A stretch of DNA of 61,823 nucleotides, filler included, from Platydemus manokwari (taxonomy: Eukaryota), in assembly GCA_037951405.1 (NCBI GenBank). It is 5 parts of 5 records of this genome, joined end to end, with 100 filler letters (N's around TTAATTAATTAA, not from the genome) between each part and the next. Parts side by side here need not be neighbours in the genome. Positions count along the whole stretch, not along the records: positions 36,458 to 48,009 come from JBBMOY010602216.1; positions 48,110 to 61,823 come from JBBMOY011638070.1; 3 more parts are not named here. One strand, written 5' to 3'. The notes under the pieces were generated by a model. The model did not search any database, was not told where the DNA came from, and was given only the letters and a program-made list of their open reading frames with translations. Below are positions 45,728 through 58,200 of this stretch, piece by piece. Both the position numbers and the translations under genes were made by a program. Within the stretch, counting starts at the first letter, position 1. Every line of letters begins with the position of its first letter.

Positions 45728-47214
45728 CATTTTAATAATAATATCGATTTGTTTTGTCGTGTTTTTGAGGCATGATGTGTATTATTTTGTATTCATTTTA
45801 TATATATTTGTTTTCCCGCCAATTTACGTTTAAATAATCACCTTTATCGATATAATGTCGTTTCATATAATGTGACATTTTTATTCTTTATTGAATCAAA
45901 TTAAATGAATCGGAAATCACAGGAGTTCGTTGATCATATATTTCAGGTAGTTCGTACAACCTGCGCAGAGACTCATTTTTAAAACAAACCAATTAGCATT
46001 AGCCAAATAACACTGAAAATTCTTTCTCACACCATTAAGTAGTGTTTTTATTTGACCTTCGAAAAATATTGTTCATTATAACAAAAACTTAATTAATTAT
46101 TTTGGACAAAATTCTTTAATTGTTTTGATCTAATATTTACCACGGATAATTGGAACTACTCGATCTTCATTGAAAATGTTAATTATTCATTTTTATAATG
46201 TTAATTTTTTTAAAATTATATAAAAGTTTTTTTCAAAAGTTAATTCATTTCTGTATAACTATAATCAGATTCATTTCTATACAGTAATATTTTAGTATTC
46301 TAATAATCTTGACTAATCTTTGTATTGCTGAATGTATCAAAAACCACTCGAAATTACTGACAAAAATCCTGGAATTAGACTAATATGAAGTACACATCAA
46401 CAAATAATAGCCACTATCACAATAGCCAATCAGAGTCTTTAAATTTGATTGGAGTTCAGTTTTAAGAATGAAAACATTCAAACAAAACCTTTACGCAAGG
46501 CTTCAAAAATCTTAAAACAAATAAATTCAATTCACAAGACATTGATCCATACAAACAAAATTAAAACTAAATAACGAGTGAGATCTGGACAGAAATTGCC
46601 AATATTTGAATAGTTCCCAACTTGGCCTATTGTTTTTATCTTTCAGTTAGTGACTCTCTTCTGTTTGTTATACTTCTTTGATTGGTGAACTTTATTCTTC
46701 AAGCTTTCGTTGTACGTTATTTATTTCCAATAGTTTTTGTTTATTTATGTTTGTTGAGATATGTTATTTCCCTATCGTAAAATAGAGCTAAATTTAAAAT
46801 AAGATTTGAGATATTAAAAGTTGCTAAAAGAATTACTAAATCACAAATTTAATCAATGAAAGAGAATTCGAAATCCAACATGAACTACCAATTTAAACAA
46901 TTTATTTCTTTTATGTGTAATATAAAAAATATGTTCATAATTTCAGTTAAGAAAAAGGGGTCCTTTGACCTTATTTCGTTATGAGGTATTTTGAGATAAA
47001 ATATAAATCTCCAAAACATTTTTAAGTTTAGACAAAAATAATACCAAATTAATAAAAATTATCTTTCCTTTGTGCTTCATTATTTTAAATTAATACAATC
47101 ATCTCGATATTCTGAATTGTAATTATTAATTTTATGGTTGTCGTATTTAAAAAACAATTATGATATTATAAATAAAAAATATTTATTTTTAAAATTTACT
47201 CATGGTATTCCTTT

Positions 47215-47688
47215 CGTAACACACCTTTTCCGGCCCTGTTTAAGCAAAATTAAAAATATTTAGTATGTCGAATAGAGGCAACATAATTGTTGAGAATAGA
47301 GCACTCTAAATACGAACCATAAATAATCCAAATCCCAATTCTTAATAATTCTCTAATCCTTCTCTCCAAATCCCAATTCCAGACAAATCTCCAATAAAAT
47401 TCAGCTCTAAACAATTCTCCAATCTGTCCAATGTTCCATCTCAGAATTATATAATTAAATTCCAATTCCTCAATCTTTCCTAATTCCAATCGATAACCTC
47501 ACAATCTTTCAATATCAATCAAAACAATCCCATTTACCATATCCTACAATTGACCGGATTAGAAAGCAGCCTCAACGATCAATATCAATATGGACAATAA
47601 CTTATTGTTAATGAACTAATTTGTGCTTTTTATTGTGTGAATAATGATTTGTGTAATATTTTGAACTGTAAACCGGAGAGAGTGACAG
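47215..47688 (+). mobile_element. Possible LTR with degenerate CCAAAT/CCAATT tandem low-complexity repeats
   Basis: Starts CGTAAC, ends GTGACA followed by a TGG-containing PBS-like stretch. Internal CCAAATCCCAATTC repeats. Confidence 0.3.
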
Positions 47689-48009
47689 TGGGAAGCGAAA
47701 AATATTTGAGCAAAATAATTAAAGAAAAATTAAATAGACAACGATAGTGAATATAAGAGCAAAATAATAATAATAACAACAAAATGAAAAAGTGGATAAC
47801 AATAAATAAATAACAATAATGAAAATAGCAGCAACAGTACTAATAAGAATCTAGGAGTATAATATAATAATAATAACAACATGAAAATAATAATAATAGT
47901 AATAATAAGTGTTCAAGTTATAAAAAGATTGCAAATACCAGGTTGAGTCAAAAGTTATTCATGTTTTTATGCAGGTATTTTATTAACACAAATTGTTATA
48001 ACGCTGAAC

Positions 48010-48109
48010 NNNNNNNNNNNNNNNNNNNNNNNNNNNNNNNNNNNNNNNNNNNNTTAATTAATTAANNNNNNNNNNNNNNNNNNNNNNNNNNNNNNNNNNN
48101 NNNNNNNNN
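48010..48109. other. Artificial contig spacer
   Basis: N44-TTAATTAATTAA-N44. Confidence 0.97.
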
Positions 48110-51100
48110 ATAGACTATATAGTTTCTTGTAATACACTCAACAAATTTGAAATTTTATTTTACAACCCCTGGCTTAAGTTAAGAAAGAGTACTTTGAACT
48201 ACTTTCGTTATAATGAATTTCCTAGCGTGAGATAATTTTATTACTTAATTTAATGAATAACTGCCATCTTTGGTTTATTCGTATAATTCAGTTAATATCT
48301 CGTTTTTTAGGATTTCTAATATTGACGAAACATTGTTTAAAAAACATGTTCCCATTGTAATCACTTCTATATGATTATTTGAGTTTTTAAATTTAAATTT
48401 TTATTTTACAATCCATCAATCAACTTCTGTATTTGTTATTTGATGGAAGGGTTATGGCTATTATTAAGAAAATCTGTGATGTAAATAGGCTTCGGTCTTT
48501 CAACAATGTCTTCATTTATTCTTCAAGGAAAGTAGGATGTTTTGGAAATAACTGCCCCTCTTCACGGCTAGTATGTACAGAATATTGTGGTGGCCTTTTG
48601 CTTTCTCAATTATAGTGATAAGATTTCCGTCAGTTCATAATAATTGAGCTCAAAGATCGAAGGCTAAAATTGAAATTTATTGTTGATAACCTCAGACCGA
48701 CAATCTGATTATTAAAAGCCTTGTGCCTATGATTGTATAAGAAGACCAAATCATACATTTGAGAAAAGAAGTATAATGCAAATTTTAAAGATTTATAAAT
48801 AATTACATTAATAAAAAGATATAAATATATTAAAATCGTTATAACTTTATTAAGTGCACTGAAAAAATATACTTTTCTTGATTGAATCTTTTAAAATGCT
48901 TCCATTTCGTAAATAATAAAATGAAAGCGCGGAAAAAACAGTTATAGGATTTTCATAGGATTTTCAAAATATTAAAAATACAAAATCAAATCATCATGTC
49001 ATTATTCACAGCTTGATGAGCGGGTTATTAATATCGACTAATTAAATAAGAAATAATAATATTATGAATTAAAACGAGACTTTAAAAATCTCAAATTAAA
49101 TTATGGCAAAGACATTTTGATATCATTTTAATATTCTATAAATAATCTGAATTTGATGTTCATTTGTAATTCAAATTTCATGTTTGTTAGAAAATGTTCC
49201 ATTTCAAGCTATATGTAAATATTTATTGATAAACATTTACAATCGAAGTAGCCCTATATTAAAGTAAGGAATCTACAATGTTTTTCCTTTCCATCGTTTC
49301 ATGAACCACATGTCGTTAGGTTAAACATATTCTCGATTGATTATTTCATGCTATTCTATATTTAGTCTCTGTTGTATCTTCTTTCCATATTTTTAATGTT
49401 CCCTTCGTTGCTATTTTCTTTCCCGTTTGTAACTTCCATTGTAGATCACTCGCAATCACATTCGACTTTAGACAGGTCAGAGCTTTTAATCTAATCCCAG
49501 TTACTTTAGAACGATATAGTTGTTCTGTGCTTGCCAAATTCCGAAATATGAAATCCATTTAGTCTGGTTTTTAGTAAGCAATATTCATTACATTATGTAA
49601 CTCACGATATTTTGTATCCAGGAAGATTTGTTTATATATATAATTAAATTTATTCTGGTTTAAACTGGCTTCATTACCTCATTATTTAGAGATGAATTGC
49701 TGTGAAATTGACTAAAACAATGGGAGTTTGTTTAATTTGGGATTAAATTTATAATAAAATCTTATGAAATAGTTAATAAAGCAATTTTTTATTATCGGCA
49801 TCATACGTTGAACCTTAAGTAATTATTATTGATTAAGTAACCAGTAATATTTTTTATTGTTCTACAAGTTTGTCTTACTTAGACAGTTGTCCTTTAATCT
49901 AATATAATATAATATTACCAGACTGCAGTTATTTTAAATTTGCACAAATAATTTCAAAGAATAATTAAAGGCCCTCTTTTCCTCAATTGGTATATTGATT
50001 TGCACTATACGTTCACAGGTGCCCAGGTCGGATTGTTGAGAATCCGATTGGTTTAGCAACAGGGCCGTTTGAAGTCGTTTTTCGTTTGATTCCCGGGGAT
50101 ACTTTTCACACTTTCGAGCACTGATCACTCCGGAATCGTTGATGATTATGGTCTACCATTGGAATCAACAGTGAGATGTGCTCACTTTCATTGTTGAAAA
50201 ATCATAATATGATCTGTCCGGGAGAATAATTAAAATATTTACAGAATCATGAGTAGCTAAGCTTTGCCAAATCCGAAGACAAGTCGAGCCATTCCAGTGA
50301 GAGAAAGCAAAAATCGGTAATATAAAGTTAATGAAGTGACGAATAAATAAAATGATTAGGTGATTAGTGATATGACAGTGTGACCCGTGTTAATTAGAGA
50401 TGATAGTGATAATGTGGATGACGGTGAGAATAATGGATGAGCCCAAGATGATTATTATGGGCTAAATAGTTGTGTTGTTTATGATTTGGTAAGGAGGAGT
50501 AAAGATGCAGTTGTTATCACTTAATGGACCCCTAATTTTGAAATTATCTTTTTATCTCTGCAAATAAATTTAATTCGCGTCTCCGATAAAATATTTCTTT
50601 TCCTTTCAACTTGTAACATTTATTGTTTTACCTTTTAATTTATAAAGACTTTAGGGTGGTATTTTAATATTTTTACACTAATCTCCTTTTTATCACTGTT
50701 ATACTTTACTGCTTTTATAATAATAACATTGGCCTATGTATGTTATTATTCTGTTTATTTCAGCCCAAACCGTGAAGCCAATGTCAATAATATATGAATT
50801 CATTCAAAACGATAGATAATTGTGACCAGATTTCAAATCACTATCCTCATTTCGAATAACCTTAACGCTGTTGCTTAACGCGATTGCTTAATCAATTATT
50901 CACTTATATTTTAATAATCTGTTAAAGTTCCAGTTGTTATTTTTAATAAAATGAATTCGTTACTGTTGACTTGACAGTGATTAATTCAATGATTTATTTT
51001 ATATTCTCGCAAATATTTGTGGAAGATAATTAATTTGTTTTGCTTGAGAAAGACGTGAACCAAATATTTTAAAGAAAAATTCATATTTTTATAAATTCAT

Positions 51101-51574
51101 ATTTATTATTTTTGTGCTTTTAAGGAAAATAAAAATTATTGATTAAATTATTCGAAATATGTTTTACAACAAAAATATGATGACGTGATAAATCACAATT
51201 TCATTATAGCTTAATTGTTTGGCTCATAAATGAGGAAATAGCAATTAGAAATAAAAAAAAACTTTATCCGCACTGGTAATAAACTGTTTCCCTCATTAAG
51301 TGCAATCAAATAAATGATAAGTGACCACTTTTCTTTATATCACTTATTCCATTTATAATATATATACTTAATATTAAAAAGACTTTTATTGCAGGTGAAA
51401 CAGAGTCAAATAATATTTTTTATTATTGATTATATAATGATAATAAATTAATTATTTATAACAATATTTAGATATTTTTATAAATATTTTTATAAAATAG
51501 ATTTCATTTACGAAAACATTTTACTCATTTATAAATTGGAGAACATCGAATTTTAAAAATAATGAATTTTAAAG

Positions 51575-52370
51575 CTGATGACATATTTTACTAGAATTTT
51601 ATTGTACCAAGCTATTGGGACTCCTATTTATCCAAGACACGATTTATGTGTTTTGGACAATACACCACCTAATCGAACATCAAAATTAGTAATCTGTGAT
51701 TCTCAATTCGCATCCAATTGCTCTCATTCATTACTATTATCGATGCGTCAGAATCCCATAACATCTCAATATGTGTACCGTTACAGTCAATTTAACTCCA
51801 CTGTCTATCATCTGCTTTTTTATACATCTCTGAGTATTTGCTCTCCATCTTGACGTTTTTCCTCTTTACTTCTATTATATCTCTAGCTGATATGTTCCCT
51901 ATTGATTCAACACCACTGATAAGATACCAATATAGTTTGACGCCAGTTTTTTGCCTCCATCGAGAGTGAGCTAACATAATTACTTCCTTCACTTTTGGTT
52001 TGAATATCGGCTTCATCTTCATCGTCATAGATTCATAGTATTTTCCTTGAACTAATATAAATAGACTTTATGGCTAATTGACATTCTCTGAACAAATCTC
52101 CTTCTTTTCCAAATATTAAAAATTTATTCCGCAGTGGACATATAAACGTCCGATGTCTAAGTTAACCACAGCAAAAGCTAGCTTCTGGTTTTAAACAATC
52201 AAAAAATGGTGTGGTTTTCATCTACAATTTTTATAAAACTTATACGCAGTAGCCTTCATTAATCTTGTTGGTCTCGTATGGTTTGGAGATTCGATAAAAT
52301 TAACTGGTTCACGATATTCCTTTACACCAGAATCTCTTTTCTACATAATTGGAATTGAATAAAGTCTGCT
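51575..52370 (-). pseudogene. Ty3/Gypsy reverse transcriptase/RNase H relic (opposite strand to the adjacent large element)
   Basis: Minus-strand remnants RRFVQRMSISHK (RMPFG-like), MKPIFKPKVKEVIM, VKLYWYLISG (VKYLG..IS) and RNase H LRIT...DVRLGGVLSK...PIAWYNKIL (GIGAVLSQ...PIAYxSKxL). Confidence 0.6.
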
Positions 52371-52769
52371 TTTGAAAGGTTTTTCTTGCAAATTTTAAGA
52401 ATTTTGAAGAATTTTAATAGAGTTAAATTTTGTATAAAATTATATAAATTTTTTTTAATAATTGGAATTCAAAGATTTGAAATAATTATTGAAATTTATA
52501 GAAGAGGATAACATTTTATCATGATTAATAATTGTGAGATATTTGATATTAAATGAATTTCAATTTGATTAGAAAAGATTTTAATGTACATTTTATTCAA
52601 ATTTTATTCAAATTTTAATCAGATTTAATTTAATTTAATAAAAAATTAAATCAAGGTAAAATTGAAAATATTTGTTTAAATATTTAGATTTAAAATAGAA
52701 TTGATTGTGTCTTGACTTTTTTTGTTTTGATTTTAGTTTGGGGTTTCTAAATACTATGAGCGGCTAACA

Positions 52770-54060
52770 ATAGTAACGTTGACATCTACGACATCCAAAA
52801 AATCTGAATGAATATTATTAGAAATTAATGCCATAAATAAGAACAATTAATGTCAATACAGACATACATGAAATAGAAAGAGAACAAAAAGAAGACAGTG
52901 AAATAAGAAAAATAAGATGGTTAATAGAGATAGATAAAAATAGTGAGAGTGAAAGGATATAAGTTGAACGACGAAAACATATTGACTTATTGTAAAGAGA
53001 ATTCAATAGTCGTACCCAAAAATCTAAGAGAACTACTATTGCACTCATATCGTGATGGGACTTAGAGGGTTTGTTTGTCGAAATGAAAAACATACGGTAA
53101 ATTAAAATGTAAATACCATTGGAATAATATGAAAAAGGATGTAGATGAATATTGTAAACAGTGTTCGTTTTGTGCAACTAGGAAAAATACAGGAAGAGTA
53201 AGAAAAGTACCATTAAAACCACTACCACTAGTAAGAAGACCCATGGAGATATGTGCAATGGGTGTAATGGGACCATTGCCAGTAACAGAGAAAGGAAATA
53301 AATAAATAATAGTATTTTGGGACTATTTCAACAAAGTTTCATTAGCATTTTCCAACCAAAAATCATAAGAGCGAGACAATAGTCAAACTATAAATAGAAA
53401 AAATAATATTTTAATATGGAGCACCCAGTAAATTATTAACCGATAAGGGAAAAGATTTATAAATTAACGACATAAAAGAAGTCACTGGGTTATTAAAAAT
53501 AAAGAAAATTAATACATTTCCATATAGACCACAAACAGATTGATTAGTACACAACGATATAATCAAACAGTCCAAAATATGCTGTCAAATTTCATTAATA
53601 AAAAGCAAATTGATTAGGATGAGTACATTAAAACATGTACTTTCTCATATAACACAGCGTTAAATGAAACAATTGGATATTCACCGTTTTATCAAATGCA
53701 TATGAGAGATACATATTTGCCTATAGACATAGAATACTTGACAAAAAACATCAAAATTAATGAATGAAAAAGAATATGTAACAATAATGAAAGAAAAACT
53801 AGGAGAAACATATCAACATGCTCAATTAAATTTAAAATCCAAACAAGAGCAATATAAGGATTATCATGAAAAGAAAGCATATGATTATGGATTTATTATA
53901 GGATATACGTATCAGAAGTAAAAAAAACGGAATATCACAGAAATTGCAAAGACCGTCGTACAAAGGACCCTGTGAGATAGTTAGGAAGACAGTCACTAAT
54001 TTGTTCATAAAAAAAGAAAAAGAATGAAGAACTGTCAGAAATACAGGTTAAAAGGTGTAA
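52770..54060 (+). pseudogene. Ty3/Gypsy pol 3' part: end of RNase H, HHCC zinc finger, rve integrase core, GPY/F module
   Basis: NSNVD..LRHP (N.ADALSR), EREQKEDSEI, IVVPKNLRELLLHSY, YHWNNMKKDVDEYCKQCSFCATRK, PLKPLP...RPMEICAMGVMGPLPVTEKGNK, YGAPSKLLTDKG, PYRPQTD, FSYNTALNETIGYSPFY, YKGPCEIV. Multiple stops and frameshifts. Confidence 0.92.
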
Positions 54061-54130
54061 AAAACAAGAACAGACATTAGTAAGAAAGGAAATTTTAAGA
54101 AAGCAACCGACTCAAACTCAAAACGATGTC

Positions 54131-55350
54131 ATGAACATTAACATAATGAAGAAAATTCAAAAGAGACAAGAAAGTAAATTGAAATCAATCGGAAGAATAG
54201 GAAAAACAATAATAGTTTCACTATTAATCAGCCTGTTGATTAGACCAGTTCAGAGTTTCAATGGAACTGATAAAGTTAATAATTCTGAATTGACTAAAGT
54301 AAAAATATCCAAGAGTTTTAAGATCATATTACCGACCATATTGGAAAATATTACCACACCAAAAACCATTTGGAATACAACACCAGTTATAGTAAAAGAG
54401 ACCATAAAATCGGCATGTGAAATAAGAAAGGAATTCATCTTATCATACTTCATAACAATAGAGAATAATAGAGCCATGATACATTGTCAGCAACAATGTA
54501 ATTGGAAAAAATTAAGGAATTTGAAGGAAGTACAAGTTAAGTATAAAAAGAATAAGATAGAATTTTTAATAAAATGTCATCAAGGATTTGGTGAAAAATG
54601 TAAAAAGGAGAAGTTAGAAGAAATAACAATAATATGGAAATGGAAAGAGTTGATAGAGCAAAAAAGGAGATAATAGGAATTCCATGGAAACCATATACCG
54701 ATAAAATAATATATTATTTAAAAGCATTATTGGAAATTGTAGCAAAAATAGGAATAAATGAAGAAAGAGAAATTAAGTAAAATAATACCATACCATTCAA
54801 AACGAATATATTACCAGTAGTAGGAACCAATAATATATCATTTACACAATCGTATGCTAATCCATACATATAAAAATGTAATTATGAGAAAAACTTTAAA
54901 TCTTGTACGACCAGTAAGGATAAAATTGTAATTAATATTCCAGAGTGGAAGCCGGCAAAAATAATTGATGATGAAAGTGAAATAGAAAACAAGAAATGAA
55001 AAGAAATAATATAGTAGAATGGAAAGCAAAGAATGAAAAAAGTGAACATCTTAGAATACGATAAAAGGCGATTCAGTGGAAAAATTATTTAGAATAAACA
55101 AAGATAAAACAGACAAAATGTTTAAAGAGAGAATTAATATGATAGAAATCATTAAAGGATGTGAACAACAAATTTAGCATTAATAACCAGTCTAGACATA
55201 ACACTCAAATCATTAACAATAGTTTTGATAACAATGTATGCCAGAAGAAAAATAAATGCTGCCACTACACCAATTATATTTATAAGAATACCAAAAATCG
55301 CAACTTTGGTGATAAAAATGATAGTTTTGCCCTGTGTTTAGATGTACGAT
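54131..55350 (+). pseudogene. env-like secreted/membrane glycoprotein segment downstream of the integrase
   Basis: Basic stretch plus hydrophobic signal IIVSLLISLLIRPVQS|F. N-glycosylation sequons NGT, NNS, NIT, NTT and several Cys. A downstream frame holds the TM-like TNLALITSLDITLKSLTIVLITMYARRK. Confidence 0.55.
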
Positions 55351-55905
55351 AACTCAATGATGATTTTTACCTTTTCATAACATAGGAAAAGAGGAATTTA
55401 AAGATTATAATAGATACGGAAAAATAATGATATTAAACAATAAGCAAAATGCATGGGAAAACAAAACTATTCACAGTACGACTTTAAAAAAATTAAAAGT
55501 TAAAGGTGAGAAAAAATGGTAAACATCAGACGATAGAGTACACAAAAGTAGTAATGGAGCAGTAAACATGTATAATTTAAATTGTGGAATCATTTACCAA
55601 ATAGAGAAAAGATGACATCATAACAATTATAGCACAAACCCCTAAATTACCCCGGAAAATATTCATTGAAAAAAGTAAAAATATTAAAAATGTTGATGAT
55701 AAAGGTTTTATTATGGTTGATAAAATTGGGAAATCATTACAAATATTTGAAGATGAGCACAAATCAAACTTCAACGTTAATACTCACAAATCGCCTAGTA
55801 TCATTGACTACAGATTTCTTTTAAGAATTTTATCTTAGACAAAACAAAAACGGTTATTTGACTCTTTTCCAAGTTTATTTAGTCTCAAAAAATTAAGAGG
55901 ATAAA

Positions 55906-56746
55906 ATGAAATTTACTATCATAAATCGCGAATTGAATTACTTCAAAGTATCTGGTAAGGATCTTAATATCAAGAATTTCGTTTCTATATTCTATAGAAA
56001 TGGTGATTTTTGGGTTAAGATTGACTTAAAGAAAGATAACTCTAAAAATCCAACATACAGCGATGCCAGCGATAACAAAAATATTAAAATGCGTCGGAAT
56101 TATCAAACTTTTGATAAGAAAACTAATGATCAAGCTCGGTTGATTAATGGAAAATTTATTAAATTGTACTTAAATAAAACACAGCTTGTTGATGTCCCGA
56201 AAACTATTATAAAGTTTCTTTGGAATTTAACGTCCGAATTATCTGAGACTGTCTTCATCGATAATCCGGAAATCAAATGTGATAAAATCAACGAAATAAT
56301 CGATAAATTGACTACTGAGAATAAAATACCTGGATTTCTGGTAAATTCAAAAATAAAATTCCAAGAAGGTAAGTTCGCATATTTTGATTTTCTGTCGAAT
56401 AAGATGAAAACTATTGATGATCGCGTTCTAAATAAGCCTATATCTAGAAATCAAACTGCCGATCTCTTTCATAGATTCCCAAGTGTAGGTGAAATAATCT
56501 TTTTGGAATCCAAGCATGACGTTGATAGATCTGTAAGTAATCTGATTGTGCAGCTTAGAGTTTGAAAAAATTCCAGAAGATATTTTTTTAAATGGTTTAT
56601 TCTATTCCAATTCATCATTAAATAGATCTCAATATAAAATAGTTTCGACATCTTGCCCAGATTTGCAATTTGATTTAGGAGAATTTAGTCTTGCTGACAT
56701 GAGTAAACATCAATACTCGAATCACTTGATGAAGAACATAAATTAG
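55906..56746 (+). pseudogene. Uncharacterised polyprotein segment of the large Gypsy element
   Basis: 219-aa and 66-aa overlapping ORFs on the same strand, separated by a frameshift, no introns, no recognised motif. Confidence 0.5.
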
Positions 56747-57062
56747 TTTATGTTATATTTCATATGAGTCACATGACTCTAAAAAGGAAAATTAGTAAGA
56801 AAAAATGACCAAGGGCCGAAGATTTTGCTAAAAACTTCCTCATAAATTGTGCTCTAATAACTTCACACATACCGATTCATGACTTAAATAACGCAATAGT
56901 TAATGATTTTGAGTATTGGGATGCGTTTATCAGTAATCATCTAATAGAGGACTCTTATTAGAAAACAGTGAACATTGATATTAACAACATTAAAATGCTC
57001 CGAAACATCAAAAAGACTAGACTTCATTAATGAAACCATCTCATTTGATATGATTTATAAAG

Positions 57063-57320
57063 TCAACTCTTTTTATCAACATACAAGGTAACTCTGATGA
57101 TATCTCGTTACAACTTGAAAATGTTCACCAATTACGGTTTAAAATTAATACCATTCAACCCAAATGAAGCAGAAATTTGAAAGACGAGACCAAATTTGTA
57201 ACGAAAGTAATTCGAGATAAAAACGAATCACTAATGAAAGATAAACGAAAGTTTTGGTGGTCAAAATCAGGTAAAATTATTTGCAATCGCGAATTGGAAT
57301 TGGAATGTGTAATGATAATT
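57063..57320 (+). pseudogene. Candidate Tpt1/KptA-like ADP-ribosyltransferase-fold remnant
   Basis: One frame gives FINIQGNSDDISLQLE (Tpt1 IRAxQGHS...LxL) and SLMKDKRKFWWSKSGKIIC (Tpt1 xLxDGxKFxxSxNGVIL). Motif spacing is shorter than in canonical Tpt1, with one stop. Confidence 0.4.
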
Positions 57321-57467
57321 AATAATAAACCAGATCCTGTAAGCGATTTGAAACCTAATGGATGTATGAACGATGGTTTAAATACGGAAAATGAAACTAC
57401 AAAAAGTAGTGAAAAATTGTTTGAAAATCTCACTTATACCGAAACTGAAAAGGATTCAAAAGTTACT

Positions 57468-57625
57468 TGCAAATTGTGTAAAAATGAAAAACCAGTAAAG
57501 AGTCTAAGCCATAATCAATACAGTATAAGCTTCTGTGATGATTGCCTTGACTGCTTTTGCACTATTAATAGTACAATCAGAAAAAGTGAGAGAAAATAAT
57601 TGTTCGTTTGCCAATATCCAATAGA
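57468..57625 (+). pseudogene. Degenerate RING-like zinc finger
   Basis: CKLC...H...FCDDC...; the final C-x-V-C-Q-Y-P-I is recovered by a single-base frameshift at ~57,604. Confidence 0.5.
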
Positions 57626-57699
57626 ACTCGACGAACTACGAAAAGGGCATTGACGTACAGCACGGGAGAACCTCAGGATTGACAATTTGTGTGTACACC

Positions 57700-58200
57700 A
57701 GTCGACAAATAAATCTTACTGGCATGGATAGCACACTCGATGAAATTGCTGAGAGACCGGAGAGGTTCGAACGTAGAGCATGGTTTGCTGATGTCGATAT
57801 CAGATTGTATCTTCATAGAAACATTGTGAATGAACATCATTTTGGTGTTAATCTTGTACTCGTCAGTGCACTGGCTGAGGGTAGGTTTGAAATTGCTACA
57901 GTTCTCCCAGGCTGGTTTTTAGAATCAATCACACTAATGTGCCCTTTGAATATTTTAAATAAACATTAAGTTCTTTTTTGTATAATAGAGAATCTCTGGA
58001 GTCTTTTATAATGGATCTACTTAAAACCCCTTATGAACAGGAAATAGCTTTAGAACTGCCAGAAAATTTGAATAGAAAATTAAACGTTATCTTGCAGGCA
58101 AAAGTTAGTATTATTGACAATCCGCATGCCAATATTTCTAGACAAAAAATGGTTATTTGTATGCGCTTATAGTTTATTTGTAGGTTATATAAGCAAGCGA
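57700..58200 (+). pseudogene. Ulp1/SENP-family (C48) cysteine protease remnant
   Basis: WFADVDIRLYL (W.ND..I..Y), LMCPLNILNKH*VLFLY (P.N...HW.L, Trp to stop), FIMDLL (YDSL), RQK..(NGY).C followed by FIC (Q.N..DCG.F). His-Asp-Cys order and spacing are correct. Confidence 0.72.

Noticed and set aside
10053-48109. Four identical TTAATTAATTAA motifs embedded in N runs, regularly spaced
   Set aside because: Artificial six-frame-stop contig linker, not biology and not a CRISPR or repeat array.
49240-49620. Non-LTR retrotransposon RT-thumb fragment (minus strand); similar weak pieces at 16.2-16.7 kb and 31.5-32.0 kb
   Set aside because: Only vague resemblance, no diagnostic motif.
52770-58200. Ginger1 DNA transposon (Gypsy-like integrase plus Ulp1) as the alternative call
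   Set aside because: Disfavoured but not excluded: an RNase H C-terminal remnant precedes the integrase, an env-like segment follows, the Ulp1 lies 3.7 kb downstream and no TIRs were seen.
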